Positions 39,141-52,765 of a stretch of DNA of 64,000 nt are shown here, in pieces; position 1 is the stretch's first letter; every line of letters begins with the position of its first letter. The notes beneath the pieces were generated by a model. It searched no databases. It was not told where the DNA came from and worked only from the letters and a program-made list of their open reading frames with translations. Source of the DNA: Camelus dromedarius (lineage: Eukaryota); contig NC_087437.1 of the NCBI RefSeq assembly GCF_036321535.1, positions 3,100,001-3,164,000 on the forward strand, given 5' to 3'. The translations under genes and the position numbers were made by a program.

Positions 39141-39919
39141 GTAGGGAAGATGTGAACATAAATGGGTCAAAATCTGGGGATTCAGTGCAGAGACAAGGCT
39201 GGACCCCAAAGGCTAGAATCAAATTGCTTAAGAAGGGTAAAAGTATAGTAAGTCATCTAAAATAAAAATGACACAGCTTGTGGTAACTCTGTGCAACAGT
39301 ATCACTAAAAGCACAAGAGAAAATCTACAACACTTCCATACATTGAAAAGAATATCGCTCTAGAGGAATTTTCACATGCTTCAAATCTCCTGGAGCTGAA
39401 CTGAGAATCTCAGTAGGCAGCCTGCCCTCTGAAGCCATTCCCCAGGGTGAAAGGAGTAAGACTTCCTTACCAGGGTCTGAACCGGGCAGAAGACTGAACA
39501 GCTTTTCACTGTGTGGATGAGTTCAGGAAGCAGCCAGTTTATTCTGTCCTACCACACCTTCTGTAAATGTTCCTAGTGAATTCTAGTCTGATTCCTCGCC
39601 TTTTTCCACCTCCTGAGTAAGGACAAGCCCTTGGCACCTCTTACTCCATCTCTTCTGAGGCAGGTTTTCCCAAGGGGAGGAGGGCTGTATGCGGAAACTG
39701 GAGAGTGAGGCAGAGGGTTCTTAGGGATAGAGTTCTGACAGTAAAACCCAATAACTGAAAGCTGACTGGGTGGGGCGGGGCAGGGGAATGGATCTTTGTT
39801 GATTTGTTCCATCTAGAGAGTTGGAAGTCTAGGCAGTCTGGAGGGAAGATATTAGCTCATTCCAAAGGATCTGTGCTGAAAGAATGCCTCTTGGACCCTG
39901 GAAATTATACTAGATGTTC

Positions 39920-40110
39920 TTGAAGAATATATACTTACTGCCAAGCAATTCTAAGTGATTTACATGTGTTAACACGTAATAACTCCATTAGCTAAGTACA
40001 TCTTACATATGGGAAATAGGCACGGAAAGGTTAAGTGCTTTGCCCAAAATTTCACGGCTCATGAAAATTAGAATTTAGGCAGTCTGCCTTTAATGCCTGT
40101 GTTATTGACC
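39920..40110 (-). mobile_element. MIR relic
   Basis: ggcacggaaaggttaagtgctttgcccaa. Confidence 0.6.
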
Positions 40111-40724
40111 TCTATGCTATCAGGCTGCAGGTGCTTGATTTAATTCCAGTTAACTTTCCAGAAATGAGAATAGAATCAAGGATGCAAACTGAAAAGGTTT
40201 ATCCCATTTCAATAAAAAATAATGGAGAAAGATTCACTCCTCAACTCATTGTGACTAAATTTTTCTCACAAAGCAAAAATACAAAGCCTATAAACATCCA
40301 GGAATTAAAAAATATCCTAAAGGGAGCCAAAATCAAGCTAGTGTCCAGTTTCTGCCACATTAAATACCAGAGGAGAAACTGAATAATATCTACAGTCATT
40401 GAGCAAGAAAGATAGGGACAGTTTCATGTCTGCTCAAGTTACTGTTTCATTGATTGATTATTCATTTATTCGTCATTCAATCAGCATACTTATTAAGCAC
40501 CTACTATGTTAAAGGAAGTACGTGAAAGTAGCAGAAAAATACTCTTAGACATATTTTAACTACCTTGGACCTATGTTCCTTCTCTGTGCCTTCTGGATTG
40601 TGGATTCTTAAAGATACGGCATGTTTCTCATGACAAAGTTAAGCAGATTAGTGGAATTGTATTACAGTTAACTTTAGCTTTCAGAGGATTTGACTATGGT
40701 TAAGTGAGGGGCAGTATAACCTTT

Positions 40725-40950
40725 GCAAGGCAAGACTCCATGGTAAAGAGCAAAATCTCTGATGTCAGAGAACGCTGGGTCTGCTGCGTGGATGGGACCT
40801 CAGATAAGAAAATTATCTCTTTTAAATCTCAGTTTTCTCATTGTGAAATGAAGTTAATATGTCATAGGATTGTTGTGAAATTAAGTAGGTTAATGTATTT
40901 AAATGGCTGAACGTAGTGCTTGGCATAGAATTCATATTCAGTATAAGCTG
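40725..40950 (+). mobile_element. MIR relic
   Basis: tctcagttttctcattgtgaaatg…cataggattgttgtgaaattaa…gtgcttggcatag. Confidence 0.7.
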
Positions 40951-41034
40951 ATGATGGTGATGGTTGTGATAGTGTTATGTTCATATGTAGTGAGGAGGCA
41001 ATATTTAAATTACTGCTAAAGCTTTTCAGCAAGT

Positions 41035-41154
41035 TTTTTTTTTGGGAGGAGGGTAATTAGGTTTATTTATTTTTAGAGGAGGTACTGGGGATTGAATCCA
41101 GGATCTCATGCATGCTAAGCATGCGCTCTACCACTTACGCTATACCCTCCCCCC
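41035..41154 (-). mobile_element. tRNA-Ala-derived SINE (camelid vic-1-like)
   Basis: Minus strand reads gggtatagcgtaagtggtagagcgcatgcttagcatgcatgagatcctggattcaatccccagtacctcc plus tail; TSD tcagcaagt at 41026-41034 and 41155-41163. Confidence 0.88.
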
Positions 41155-41926
41155 TCAGCAAGTCTTAAATCCAGTAAAAATATGTAGGTGGAATCAAAAC
41201 TTTGAAAGAGTCTATTTTTCTTTTTCTGGTAGCTATTTCCCCCTATTATCTTTTTATCTCACCGGATGTTGACAGGTGGTATGAAAGAAACAATAAGGAA
41301 AGTGATTATTACTAAACAATGAGTGTATAAACTGGGAGGAGCAGATACAATAAAATTCATAGCTCACAGCAATTTCACTTTTCCAAGCATGGTGGCTTGT
41401 ACAGTGTAGAGGCTATGCCTTAGTGTCATGTGAGAGCCATTCTGAAGGACTTTAAAAGAGAAAGAGCAAGGCTGTGCCTGGAAAGATCAACATGGTTATC
41501 CATGTAAGTTCGTCAGTAAAGCATGGGAGAGAAATTGATTATATTTTCCATGTTCTGTCTCGTCCATGTCCCTGAGGTTGAAATCAGACAACAAGCATCA
41601 ACTGAGTGTCTGTCCTATGCCAGGCATGATGAGGGACTCTGGTGTGGAGGAGCCTTGAGATACTGACATCAGAGCACAGTCTTGACAGCTTAGCTCCTGA
41701 GTTGACAGCCTGGACTCAAATATGCCTTCTTTTCTTTCATAGACACATGAACTTCAATCCTCTGTCATCCCTCCATTGAGATGTTGGTAAAAAGGGGAGT
41801 AATAATAGTACTGAAACCAGTGGCTGTGTGAATATTGTAAGGGATCATATCTATTAAAACTATTTGCCTGACATAGAGTAAACAAAATAACATGGTTTTT
41901 TCCAGTATTTTCTTTTTGTTAATTTT

Positions 41927-41950
41927 TGATGATGATGATGATGATGATGA
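41927..41950 (+). repeat. (GAT)n microsatellite, adjoining a truncated SINE fragment at ~41951-41988
   Basis: Direct reading. Confidence 0.85.
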
Positions 41951-42001
41951 TTTTTAAATGGAAGTACTGGGAAATGAATCCAGGACCCAGAATGATCATT
42001 C

Positions 42002-42148
42002 TTTTATTTTTGAAAAAAAATTTTTTGGGGGGAGGTATTTAGGTTTGTTTGCTTTAAAAATTTTTTAAATGGAGGTACTGGGGGTTGAACCCAGGACCTT
42101 GTGTGTGCTAAGCATGCACTCTACCACTGAGCTATACCCTCACCCCCC
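42002..42148 (-). mobile_element. tRNA-Ala-derived SINE (vic-1-like)
   Basis: Minus strand gggtatagctcagtggtagagtgcatgcttagc…ctgggttcaacccccagtacctcca plus tail. Confidence 0.88.
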
Positions 42149-43689
42149 AATAATAACATGTTAATAATTATTTTGTTACAATATCAGCTTAACTTCAAGT
42201 TTGGTAGATACAATAGATTTAAAATAAGTAATGGAAACATGACATACATGGAACATACAGAGATTCTTGGGATCATTTATAGGGGAAAGAGTTGGTTTTT
42301 ATCTGTCTAACAGACGTGTGTCAAAAGCAGAGACCTCAGGAAGTAAGCAGACATCTTTAGATGCTGAATCTAGAATACAAACTGGGGCCAAGACAGGGAT
42401 GGAGGTGGATGTGTGTGTGCAGAGGTGGTAACCAAAGATAAGGAAATGGAGGGAAAAGAAGTTTCTTTTAACAATTTCCTGCCCACATTTACATGTCACT
42501 TCTTTGCTGCTCCCTTTTCCCCCAGGTTTCCACGTCTTCCCGAGGCTCTATTCCAGGAACATTTTCCGTGTGTGTTAAGAGCATACTCAGACCAGGTCAG
42601 GGAAGGAGAAACCAGGCTATTGTAATGGCTTCATGGTATAAAGTCCCTGGGTCTTCTCTAACAGTACATACTGGGGAAACCAGGACAAGAGGGTGACACC
42701 AGTGACCAGGGATGTCGGGGGCAAGGCCCTTGCAGTGTACTAGACTCATAGCCAGTGCTACGTGTACAACATTCAGTGCATCTTTGCAGCAGCCCTGGAA
42801 GGGAGGTCTCCTCCCCGTTTTGCACAGGAGCACAATGAGGCTCAGAGTGATAAGAAAACTAAAACTAGTGCAAAATTTTGAGCTACTGTTTAGAAATGGT
42901 CTGCCTGTCCAGATAACCTGCTGAATAAAAGGAGAGGAAATAACTTCATTCTGAACATTGTCAAGACGTATTACTTTATCTTTAAAAAATGTATCTACAT
43001 TGTATTGAACTGATTAATAAATACTCAGACTTACAGTGTAAACACTCCTTTCTGTGTGCACTGTATCACCTGGCCCTCTTTATTTGAGCAGTGCCCTGCA
43101 CCCGGTGGTGTGTAAATAAGAGATGACAATTCCTATAATACACATGTGGGAGGAGTGGATTTGATAAAGCAGAAGCACTTGTAATTCAGATAGCAAGCCC
43201 TGCCCCCCTCTCCCAGTTTCTGTGTAAATAACTTGCAGATTTTCTGGACTTCTGCTCCAACTCTCCACTTGCACCCCCTCCCCATTCCAGAAATCTCTGA
43301 GTCATATTGAGCCTGGTATACAGAGATGGGGGTGGTGGAAAAAAGATTTGTTTTTCTTTGAGTGTAATTATTATTTCACTTTTCCCCTATGTTTTAAAAT
43401 TCATATTATTGGATTTTACTTATTTTTTATTAGCAGGCAACTTGAGATGCAGAGGTGGTTAAATACAGCCCAAGGTACTATTGCCCATGGAGGAAGGGGT
43501 GAGACCGGGGCTAAAGCCAGCCGCATGGGACTCAGCTCACCGAGCTTGTGCTTTGTTCTCACATGCCATGTTTGCCTAGTTGTAAATATTGTGCCTTGCC
43601 TCTGGTTCTTTGCACCATGGGCACTTGTCAGATGTGTTTGTGGTGGAATCAAGTGTTTCATGTTACTTTTTAAAAATTAATTAATTAGT

Positions 43690-44229
43690 TATTTTATTAT
43701 TGAAATATAGTCAGTTACAATGTATCAATTTCTGGTGTACAGCATCATGTCCCAGTGATGGAGATACATACATATATTTGTTTTCATATTCTTTTTCATT
43801 AAAGGTTATTACAAGATATTGAATATAGTTCCCTGTGCTCTACAGAAGAAATTTCTTTTTTAAATATATTTTTAATATATAGCGGTTAAACTTTGCAAAT
43901 CTCAAACTCCCATATTTACCCCTTCCCACCCCCTTTGCCCAGTAACCATAAGATTGTTTACTATGTCTGTGAGTCTGTTTCTGTTTTGTAGATGAATTCA
44001 ATAGTGTTCTCTTTTTTCTTTTCTGGTTTTTTTTTTTTTTTTGCATTCCACATATGAGTGATATCATATGGTATTTTTCTTTCTCTTTCTGGCTTACTTC
44101 ACTTAGAATGACAATCTCCAGGTCCATCCATGTTGCTGCAAATGGCATTATTTTATTCATTTTTATGGCTGAGTAGTATTCCATTGTATAAATATATCAC
44201 AGTTTCTTTATCCAGTCATCTGTCGATGG
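43690..44229 (-). mobile_element. Lineage-specific L1 3' end
   Basis: ORF2 terminus [46 protein letters not shown]. Confidence 0.93.
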
Positions 44230-46910
44230 TTCAAAGTTTTCAGTGACACCTCAGATGTGAAAAGATATGACTTTATTTTTCTACAGCAGAACACGACTTA
44301 CAACTGAACCCTCATGTCTGTGTGACAGTGGTGGGAATGACCCTAAATCTGCCTGCTGGGGGTAATTTTGTCATTTCTGGTTCACAGCAGTCTCAGCCAG
44401 GTTATAACATCATCATTTTTATGTAAATAGACAACTGAGGATTTAAATACAGTCAGTCCAAAATTCAGACTTCCTGTCCAGACGATTCTCCACTCTCAAA
44501 GAGTCTCCTCTTCCTGTCCCCTTTCCAGTATGGCACCCTGGTTCAGAGGGGCCCACATGGTAGCTACCTGGTATCAGAGGATGGGAGTCTGGTTCATGTG
44601 CAGTCACCTGGATTTCTGCTGGTCACCTGTGGAGTGGATGTCTGTGTTCACTATACTGAGTGCTCTTGGAAGTGGATTCCCTGGGACATTGGTGGAGCTC
44701 CCACACCTGCTGATGGCAATGGTCCTGTTGACGTTCTCTCTGTCCCTCTCCATCCCAGTTTTAGGTTTCTTTCAGCCTCTTGGCCCTTTGGACCCATTCT
44801 CATTTTCTGTAGAAATCTCTGCAAACTACATGTAGGTGCTGGGAAACTGAAACGTACTCTCTCACACTTCTCCTTTCCTGAAAAATGCTATTCCCTCATT
44901 TCTGGCCCATTGTGGGAGCCTTAAGTTGACCAGGGGCATGCTAAAAAGGCCCCAAACCCCTCTTGGGTTTCAACCTAACTGTTCCTAAAGTGAGAGGCAG
45001 GGAGCAGGTTTCTCTCTGTCTCTCAGTCTCTTACTACCCCTGTCTCTGTCTGTGTCTGTCTGCTTCTGTATCTCTCTAGCACAGGCAGAATTTTTTTCTT
45101 CCCAGTGTAGCAGGAGACCACCTTCAGGTTGATGTCATGATGTCCTCTCCTGCACAGTTAATAGCTGGCTGTGCAGCCCAGGTGGTCCCTAAAGAAGCTG
45201 GCCCTGAGGACCGTCTGCTGACAGCTCTCCCAGCTGCGGGGACAGCGACCCCTTCGACGAAGGAGGATCTGGGTGGTGCATCTCCTTGTCCATCACAGTG
45301 CTGGATGACCTGTCTGCCTGCTGAGTGATGTAATTTTGCCTTTCTTCCTGTGCACATCTGAATACCGTATGTTCTCTTCTTATGTAGGAATGCCTTTGCC
45401 TCTTGGCAGTGAAAGGAGGGATAGGTTATACTCCTTTGGGAGGCCTAGTCACTTTCTAATGGGAATCTGAGCCAAAAATTGATCTCCTGTACTCTTCTCC
45501 CAGCCAGGAGTTGAATCAGGAAGCCCTGGTACTTCCCTGCGTAACGCCGTTTGACCCCCTCATCGCTGCAGAAGCCGTGGCTCCTTTTTAGCCGTCCTGA
45601 GCTTAGTCTGCTGAAGGTGCTCCCAGTTGCAGGAACTGCAGGACAGCGTTTCTCCTGTTTAGGAGGTGGTGACAGCTGGGGAAGAGCTCTGTTCAGAAGC
45701 AGCCTGCGAGGGCAGGCAGGAGGGAGACTGCAGAAAAGATTGAAAGGAGCTACCCAATTCCTGGAGAAGTTGCCCCAATGGTGATGACAAGTAGGTGGCC
45801 CATCCAGATAATTGGTCACACCCAAAGCCCCCACCCTCAGTGTGCGTGCCAGATTGTCTCATTACCACTGGAAAAACTACTCCACATGCCTTTCCTATCA
45901 AGGTCAGGTCATTAACAAGCCAGACTTTGTGTTCCAGAGGTCCACACTGGGGATGCGGGGATGTTCAACCAGCGAGTTGTGAAAAGCCAGAGAATCAACA
46001 CCTTAAAGGACTTCTTAAAGGGCTGCTAGGGACTCAGGGTGGTGTCTGAATATATGGAGGCTGGTAACGGAATGCTCCCACAAATATTTGTCTTGCTACT
46101 TCGAAAATCCTTTGATTAGAATTCTCAAGTTAACCAGCTAGATGTACCACATACTCAGCTGAGCAGAAATTTAAATCAAATTGTAGAATTGAAATCCTGT
46201 TGATAAATATTTTGGCTGGCTGTTTCCTACTGAGGCCGGCATGGAGCCAACATATTTGTTAACTGAGCTGCGATTTGTTCGTTTGGATTCCAATTCATTG
46301 GTTCTGTGTCACTCTTTGGCTGCTGACAGGGTTCACTGCAGAGGAAATTGAAATAAAAACTAATAATGATTCAAAAGACTAATGGAATAAAATTGGAAGC
46401 CAATTGAGAAAATTATAGAGGAGAACATCCGCTGAACTGGGAGCAGAGGAGATACGGCTGATTCTGCCAAGTCCTTCAGGGAGATGTCTCTGCGCCCCCT
46501 TTGCTAAGCCCTCCGGCTCCCACTGAATCCCGCCTCATGCTAGGTGGGTTTGTGTCTGTACACGATTGCTTCCCATGACTGGACATGACAGGTTCACCTT
46601 TTCCATCTCGTGTTGCTTCGTGTAGTGCTTCATATATTCTAGGTAAATGATCTGTAAAATCATAGAGCTACCCGAAGCTGTGAAATGACAGAACCCACTC
46701 CTCCTCTGACAGGTGAGTACTGAGGACTGGAGGCTTTAACAGTCCCTCCAGAGTACCTGGTTAGTGGCAACACAGCAACTAACCACCAGGTCTCCTCGCT
46801 TAAGGCATGATATTTTTCTATTATCATATTATTATGTGTTTACATACATTACACATAAGCATGATTCCATTTCCATATGTGACAAAAATATAAAGCGAAA
46901 AATAAAAGTA

Positions 46911-47610
46911 AATGCTGGAGAGGGTGTGGAGAAAAAGGAACCATCCTACACTGTTGGTGGGAATGTAAATTGGTGCAGCCGCTATGGAGAATCTTTAAAA
47001 ACTAAAAATAGACTTACCATATGATCCAGCAATCCCACTCCTGGGCATATATCTGGAGACAAATACAATTCAAAAAAACACACGCTCCCCAATGTTCATA
47101 GCAGCACTATTAAACAATAGCCAAGACATGGAAACAACCTAAATGTCCATCAACAGATGACTGGATAAAGAAATTGTGGTATATATGTACAGTGGAATGC
47201 TATTCAACCATAAAAAAGAATAAAATAATGCCATTTTCAGCAACATAGATGGACCTGGAGACCATCATTGTGAGTGAAGTAAACCAGAAATAGAAAGAAA
47301 AAAAAGCCATGTAATACTACTTATATGTGGAATCTAAAAAAAGTGTGCAAATGAACTTATCTACAAAACAGAAACAGATTCACAGACATAGAGAACAAAC
47401 TTATGGCTACTGGAGGTTAAAGGGGGTAGGAAGGGATAAATTGGGAAATTGAACATTGCACCTCTTGGGGAGTGATGGAAATGTTAGCTGTCTTGATTAT
47501 GGTCGTGGTTGCATGGGCGTCTACATCTATCAAAATTCATCAAATTGTACATCTGAAATACGTGTAGTTTACTGTACAGGAACCACACCACAATAAAGGT
47601 GTTTAAAAAA
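46911..47610 (+). mobile_element. L1 3' part with atypical (L1M-like) terminal 150 bp
   Basis: ORF2 C-terminal text [22 protein letters not shown]; departs from sister copies after 47460; AATAAA at 47592. Confidence 0.88.
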
Positions 47611-47639
47611 AGTAGCCCATCACCTCACCATTCAGAATA

Positions 47640-47870
47640 ATCACTATCAATATTATATTAAATATATGTATAGATAAGTATATCAATGTATAAAATAGAT
47701 ACCTAATGTATTGATATATAAAATAAAATGCATAAGATAATAAATAACTGTATGTAAATTAAATCTGTTTATTAACATTTTATTAAATTTATATTAAATA
47801 GCGTAAATTAAACAAATAATAAATGAATATCTATGTACAATATATGTCTAATCACATACCCTGATTTTAA
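47640..47870. repeat. AT-rich low-complexity tract
   Basis: Very high A/T content. Confidence 0.7.
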
Positions 47871-48277
47871 AATTAATTTTACATTCTATTATAAGCATCT
47901 TCCCATAGTATTATATTGTCTCCATAAATATGTTCTTTAAAGACTACCCTGAAAATTCCATTACTATTTAGCCCATCTTCTATAATATAGATTTAGAACT
48001 TTTTCAATATTTTCACCATTACAAAGCAAGTATTTTCTTTCAAAAAAACCTTTCACCATTAAAACACGAAGTAAAGGAGTTTGTCTTTGCACATTATTCT
48101 TGTCCACATCTCACATTTCCTCACAAGGGTTGTTTCTGAATCCAGATAATGAAGTATTTTAAGGCTTTTGATATATATTACAAGATCATTTTTAAAAAGA
48201 GTTACACTGGTACACAGTGGTGTATCATTATTTGACTTTCTTGAATAAGATTCTAGGTTAAAACTGCTTTATTTTAA

Positions 48278-49016
48278 TGCTGGAGAAGGTGTGGAGAAAA
48301 TGGAACCCTCCTACACTGTTGGTGGGAATGTAGTTTGGTGCAGCCATTATGGAAAACACTATGGAGTTTCCTAAAAAAATTAAAAACAGACTTACTGTAT
48401 GATCCAGCCATCCCACTCCTGGGCATATATCCAAAGAAGACTCTAATTTGAAAAAATACATTAACCCCAATGTTCATAGTAGCACTATTTACAATAGCCA
48501 AGATATGGAAGCATCCTAAATGTCCATTGACAGATGACTGGATAAAGAAGCTTTTGGTATATTTAGACAATGGAATACTACTCAGCCATAAAAAATAATA
48601 AAATAATGCCATTTGCAGCAACATGGATGGACCTAGAGATTATCATACTAAATGAAGTAAGGCAGACAGAGAAAGACAAGTATCATGTGATATCATTTAT
48701 ATGTGGAATCTAAAAAATGATACAATTAGACTTCTTTACAAAACAGACTCACAGACATAGAAAACAAACTTGTGGTTACCAAAGAGGCAAGGGGGAAGGG
48801 ATAAATTAGGAGTTTGAGATTAGCAGGTATAAACTACTATATATAAAATAGATAAACAACAAGATCCTACTTTTTAGCATAGGGAACTATATTCATTAGC
48901 TTATAATAGACTATAATGAAAAAGATTATGAAAAAGGATATACATGCATATAACTAAATCACTATGCTGTACACCAAAAACTAACATAACATTGTAAATC
49001 AACTATACTTCAGTTA
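48278..49016 (+). mobile_element. 5'-truncated L1 with 18-bp TSD
   Basis: TSD aaaa(c/t)tgctttattttaa at 48260-48277 and 49017-49034. Confidence 0.93.
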
Positions 49017-49859
49017 AAAATTGCTTTATTTTAAAAGGTATTATTTTTTATTATCTGAAAACTAAGAATATATTATATTTATTTGGTCTGAGTAAAATGA
49101 TAACTCAGAATTTTGATGTTTAGAATCACATTCATTGTCACTGTAAATCATAGATATTTGCTATAAACACATATATATGTACATGTGCATGCATATATAT
49201 GAACAATAACTTTAGAATTTATAAAGTTTTGAAGTACACTTTCATAATAATACCCTGTCATTTGAGTTTATTTTTTTCTGTTATATGAAGTTGTTACATT
49301 ATTTTTTTCTCTGATCAAAATTTTATTTTGGTAAAAGGCTTTAAGAAATACTTTCATGGTCATCAACACGATTATTATTATAATTTTAACCTAAAAGTGT
49401 AATGTTTCTCTAATTTGCCATTGGCTTTTCAAAACTTGTAGGAGTTATTTTTAAATGTCATATTAAATCACCTATAGAAATAACACTTGTCAAATGCCTT
49501 ACACACCTTGTTTACTTCTTACTGGTCCCTGTGGGGTGAATTTGTTACCAATAATAGCTGAATTTTCTGTGCTATGTTGAATTATCTTGGGTATTCTAAT
49601 ACAACTGGTGATCCTAAGCATGGATAACAGAACTGAATATAGTCTTGTCATTTGTATTTTTTCTAACATCTTACTGGGTGAAATCTTTAAAAATCCATAT
49701 GCCTAGAGAGATTTTATTATGAAAAGCTGATAATTTTGCCAGAATTTTAGAAAAACAAATCTTAAGGTCATAGGTTTTAAAATTATTTTTTAACGTTTTT
49801 GTTGTGAAATAAATTTAGACTAGCACAGAAGTTGCAAAAATAGCATGGAGATTGGAAAG

Positions 49860-50130
49860 TGCACATCTGTGGAGACAGAAAGTTGTCTGAGGATGGGATG
49901 GGGAGTAAGTGCAGATAAGCATGAGGTTTCATTTGGGGTGAAGAAGATGTTATAAATAGTGGTAATGGCTTCACATCTCCATAAATTTTCTAAAAACCAT
50001 TCAATTGTATACTTAAAATGAGTGGGTTTTATGGTGTGTATATGATACCTCCAAAAACTCTTAAATATCAAATCATTACGTTGTACACCTGAAATAATAA
50101 AGTGTTATATCTCAATTATACCTCAAAAAT
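49860..50130 (+). mobile_element. Old L1 3' ends inserted in opposite orientation
   Basis: gtttcatttggggtga…attgtatacttaaaatg and cattacgttgtacacctgaaa…aattatacctcaa. Confidence 0.6.
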
Positions 50131-51352
50131 ATGTATAGGATTATATTTCTGTAAAAGAAGAGATGTTCTTAAAAATATAGGACAGAGTTCCCATGTAGCC
50201 TTTGCCCAACTTCCCTCAAAGATAACATAAAGTATAAATAAGCTTAGTGCAGTTATCAAGACCAGCAATTTGACATTGACACAACACTATTACCTCAATG
50301 ACAGGTGTTATTTGGGTCTCATCAATTTTATTTCATGCACTTTCTCATTGTTATTTTTTAGGGGGTGGGAGAGGGTATAGTTCTATTAATTTTATTCCAT
50401 GTGTGGATTTGTCACCAGTGCCCATGATCAGAATACAGAGCTGTTCCATCACCCCCCACAAACACTCCATTGTGCTGTCCTTTCAGAGCCACTCCCTTCC
50501 AATCCGTAACCCTGTGGCAACCATTGATCTGTTCTCCATCACTATGATCTTGTCACTTGGCAGTTTTATACTCATATACTATGTAACTGTTTGAGATTGG
50601 CTGTTTTCCCTCAGGGTAATGCTCTTGAAAGCCATCAGAGTAGTTTGGATGTGTGTATCTATAGTGTGTCCCTCTTTAGTGCTATGTAGTATTTCGTGGT
50701 GTGAATATTCAACAGTCCGTTTATCCATTCACCTAGTGCAAGACTTTGGAGCTGTTTCCAGTTTTAGGTTTGGAACATTTAGGTACAAGTGTTTGTGTAA
50801 ATACAGATTGCCGTTTTCTGGTGTGAACACTCAGGAGTGGCTTTGCTCCATCATATCATAAGTATCTGTTTGAAAGAAACTACCACCCCATTTCCCAGAG
50901 TGGTGGCACCATTGTACACCCCCAATGGTGATGTTGGAGAGACCCGGCTATCTGCCATCTCATGAACACCTGGTGTTGCCCTTATTTTGTGATTTCAGCC
51001 ACTTTACTGGGTGTGCAGTGGTATCTCCTTGTGGCTTTAATTTGCATATGCCTCATATCTAGTGGGGTAGAACATCTTTTTGTCTGCTTATTTGCCATCT
51101 GTATATTGGTGGGGAAGTGTAAATTCAAATGTTATCCATTTTTAAACTGGATTGCTTAATTTCCTACTGTTTTTAGAGAGTTCTTTATATGTTCTGAATA
51201 CAAGTCCCCCGTTGGACATGTGATGTACAAATCTTGGTCTGTACCTTGTTGTTTCATTCTCTTAACAGTGCTTTTTTCCTGACACAAGCTTTGTTGTTTT
51301 TGTTTTGATAGAGTCTAATTGATCAACTCTGCCTATTGTGGATTATGCTTTT

Positions 51353-51978
51353 TTTAAAAATTGAAGTATAGTCAGTTATAATGTGTCAATTTCTGGGGTA
51401 CAGCATAATGTTTCAGTCATACATATACATACATATACTCACTTTCATGTTCTTTTTCATTACTACAAGGTTATTACAAGATACTGAATATAGCTCCCTG
51501 TGCTATACAGAAGAGATTTGTTTTTTTATCTATTTTTATATATAGTGGTTACCATTGCCAAATCTCAAACTCCCAAATTTATCCCTTCCCACCATAAGAT
51601 TGTTTACTGTGTCTACAAGTCTGTTTCTGTTCTGTATATGAGTTCATTAGTGTCTTTTTTCTTTTTTTAGATTCCACATATAAGTGATATATGATATTTT
51701 TCTTTCTCTTTCTGTCTTACTTCACTTAGAATGACAATCTCTAGGTCCATCCATGTTGCTGCAAATGGCATTATTTTATTATTTTTTATGGCTGAGTAGT
51801 ATTCCATTGTATAAATGTACCACAGCTTCTTTATCCAGCCATCTGTTGATGGACATTTAGGTTGTTTCCATGTCTTGGCCATTGTAAATAGCGCTGCTAT
51901 GAACATTCAGGTACATGTATCTTTTCTAATTAGTCTTCTCCATATATATGCCCAGGAGTGGGACTGCTGAATCTTAGT
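51353..51978 (-). mobile_element. Lineage-specific L1 3' end
   Basis: ORF 51667-51906 is the L1 ORF2 C-terminus; flanked by tatgctttt. Confidence 0.92.
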
Positions 51979-52159
51979 CTATGCTTTTAATGCTTTTCTA
52001 TGCTTTTAATGTCATATCTAATGTCTTTGCCTAACTTAACTGGTCATGAAGAGAAATTTTACTTTTTCTTTTCCAAATTGCTTTTATTTGCCCGATGGCA
52101 AAAGCTAGAACATCCTTATGTTGGATAAGAATGGTGAAAGTGGACATACTTGCCTTATT

Positions 52160-52229
52160 TTTGGGGTGGGGAGGGATGGTAGGTAATTAGGTTTGTTTGT
52201 CTGTCTATCTGTCTGTCTGTCAAGCTATC

Positions 52230-52270
<41 letters not shown>

Positions 52271-52366
52271 CTTACTTACTTACTTATTTATAGTTTTGTT
52301 TTAAATGGTGGCACTGGGGATTGAACCCATGACCTCCTGCAGGCTAAATACACACTTGACCACTGA
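52160..52366 (-). mobile_element. vic-1-like SINE with internal compound microsatellite
   Basis: Perfect 12-bp TSD acttgccttatt at 52148-52159 and 52367-52378; (GTCT)n(ATCT)n(ACTT)n at ~52190-52290. Confidence 0.85.
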
Positions 52367-52414
52367 ACTTGCCTTATTCTTGATCTTATAGAGAAACCAT
52401 TCAATCTGCTACCA

Positions 52415-52765
52415 TATAATATCACTTATATGTGGAATCTTAAAAAAAATGATACCAATTCTATTTACAAACCAAAAACAGACTGACAGACAGAAAACAA
52501 ACTATGGTTACCCAAGGGGAAAGGGCAGTGGGGGATAGATTAGGGGTCAGGGATTAACATACACATTACTATATATAAAATAGATAAACAACAAAGACCT
52601 ACTGTACAACACAGGGAACTATATTCAATATCTTGTAATAACACATAATGGAAAAGAATCTGAAAAGAAAAAAATATGTATGTGTATACACATATAACTG
52701 AATCACTTTGCTGTACACCGAAAACTAACTTTGTAAATCAACTATACTTTGATAAAAAATTTTAA
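52415..52765 (+). mobile_element. L1 3'UTR fragment
   Basis: atatcacttatatgtggaatct…gctgtacacc…tgtaaatcaactatactt. Confidence 0.88.

Noticed and set aside
41075..41152. tRNA-Ala(AGC)-like gene (also at 42068-42145)
   Set aside because: SINE tail, TSD and mutated boxes/stems show SINE copies rather than functional tRNA genes
46488..46506. CTCF-like core AGGGGGCGC on the minus strand (similar partial matches at ~13346 and ~17289)
   Set aside because: Upstream half of the motif mismatches; not supportable without ChIP data
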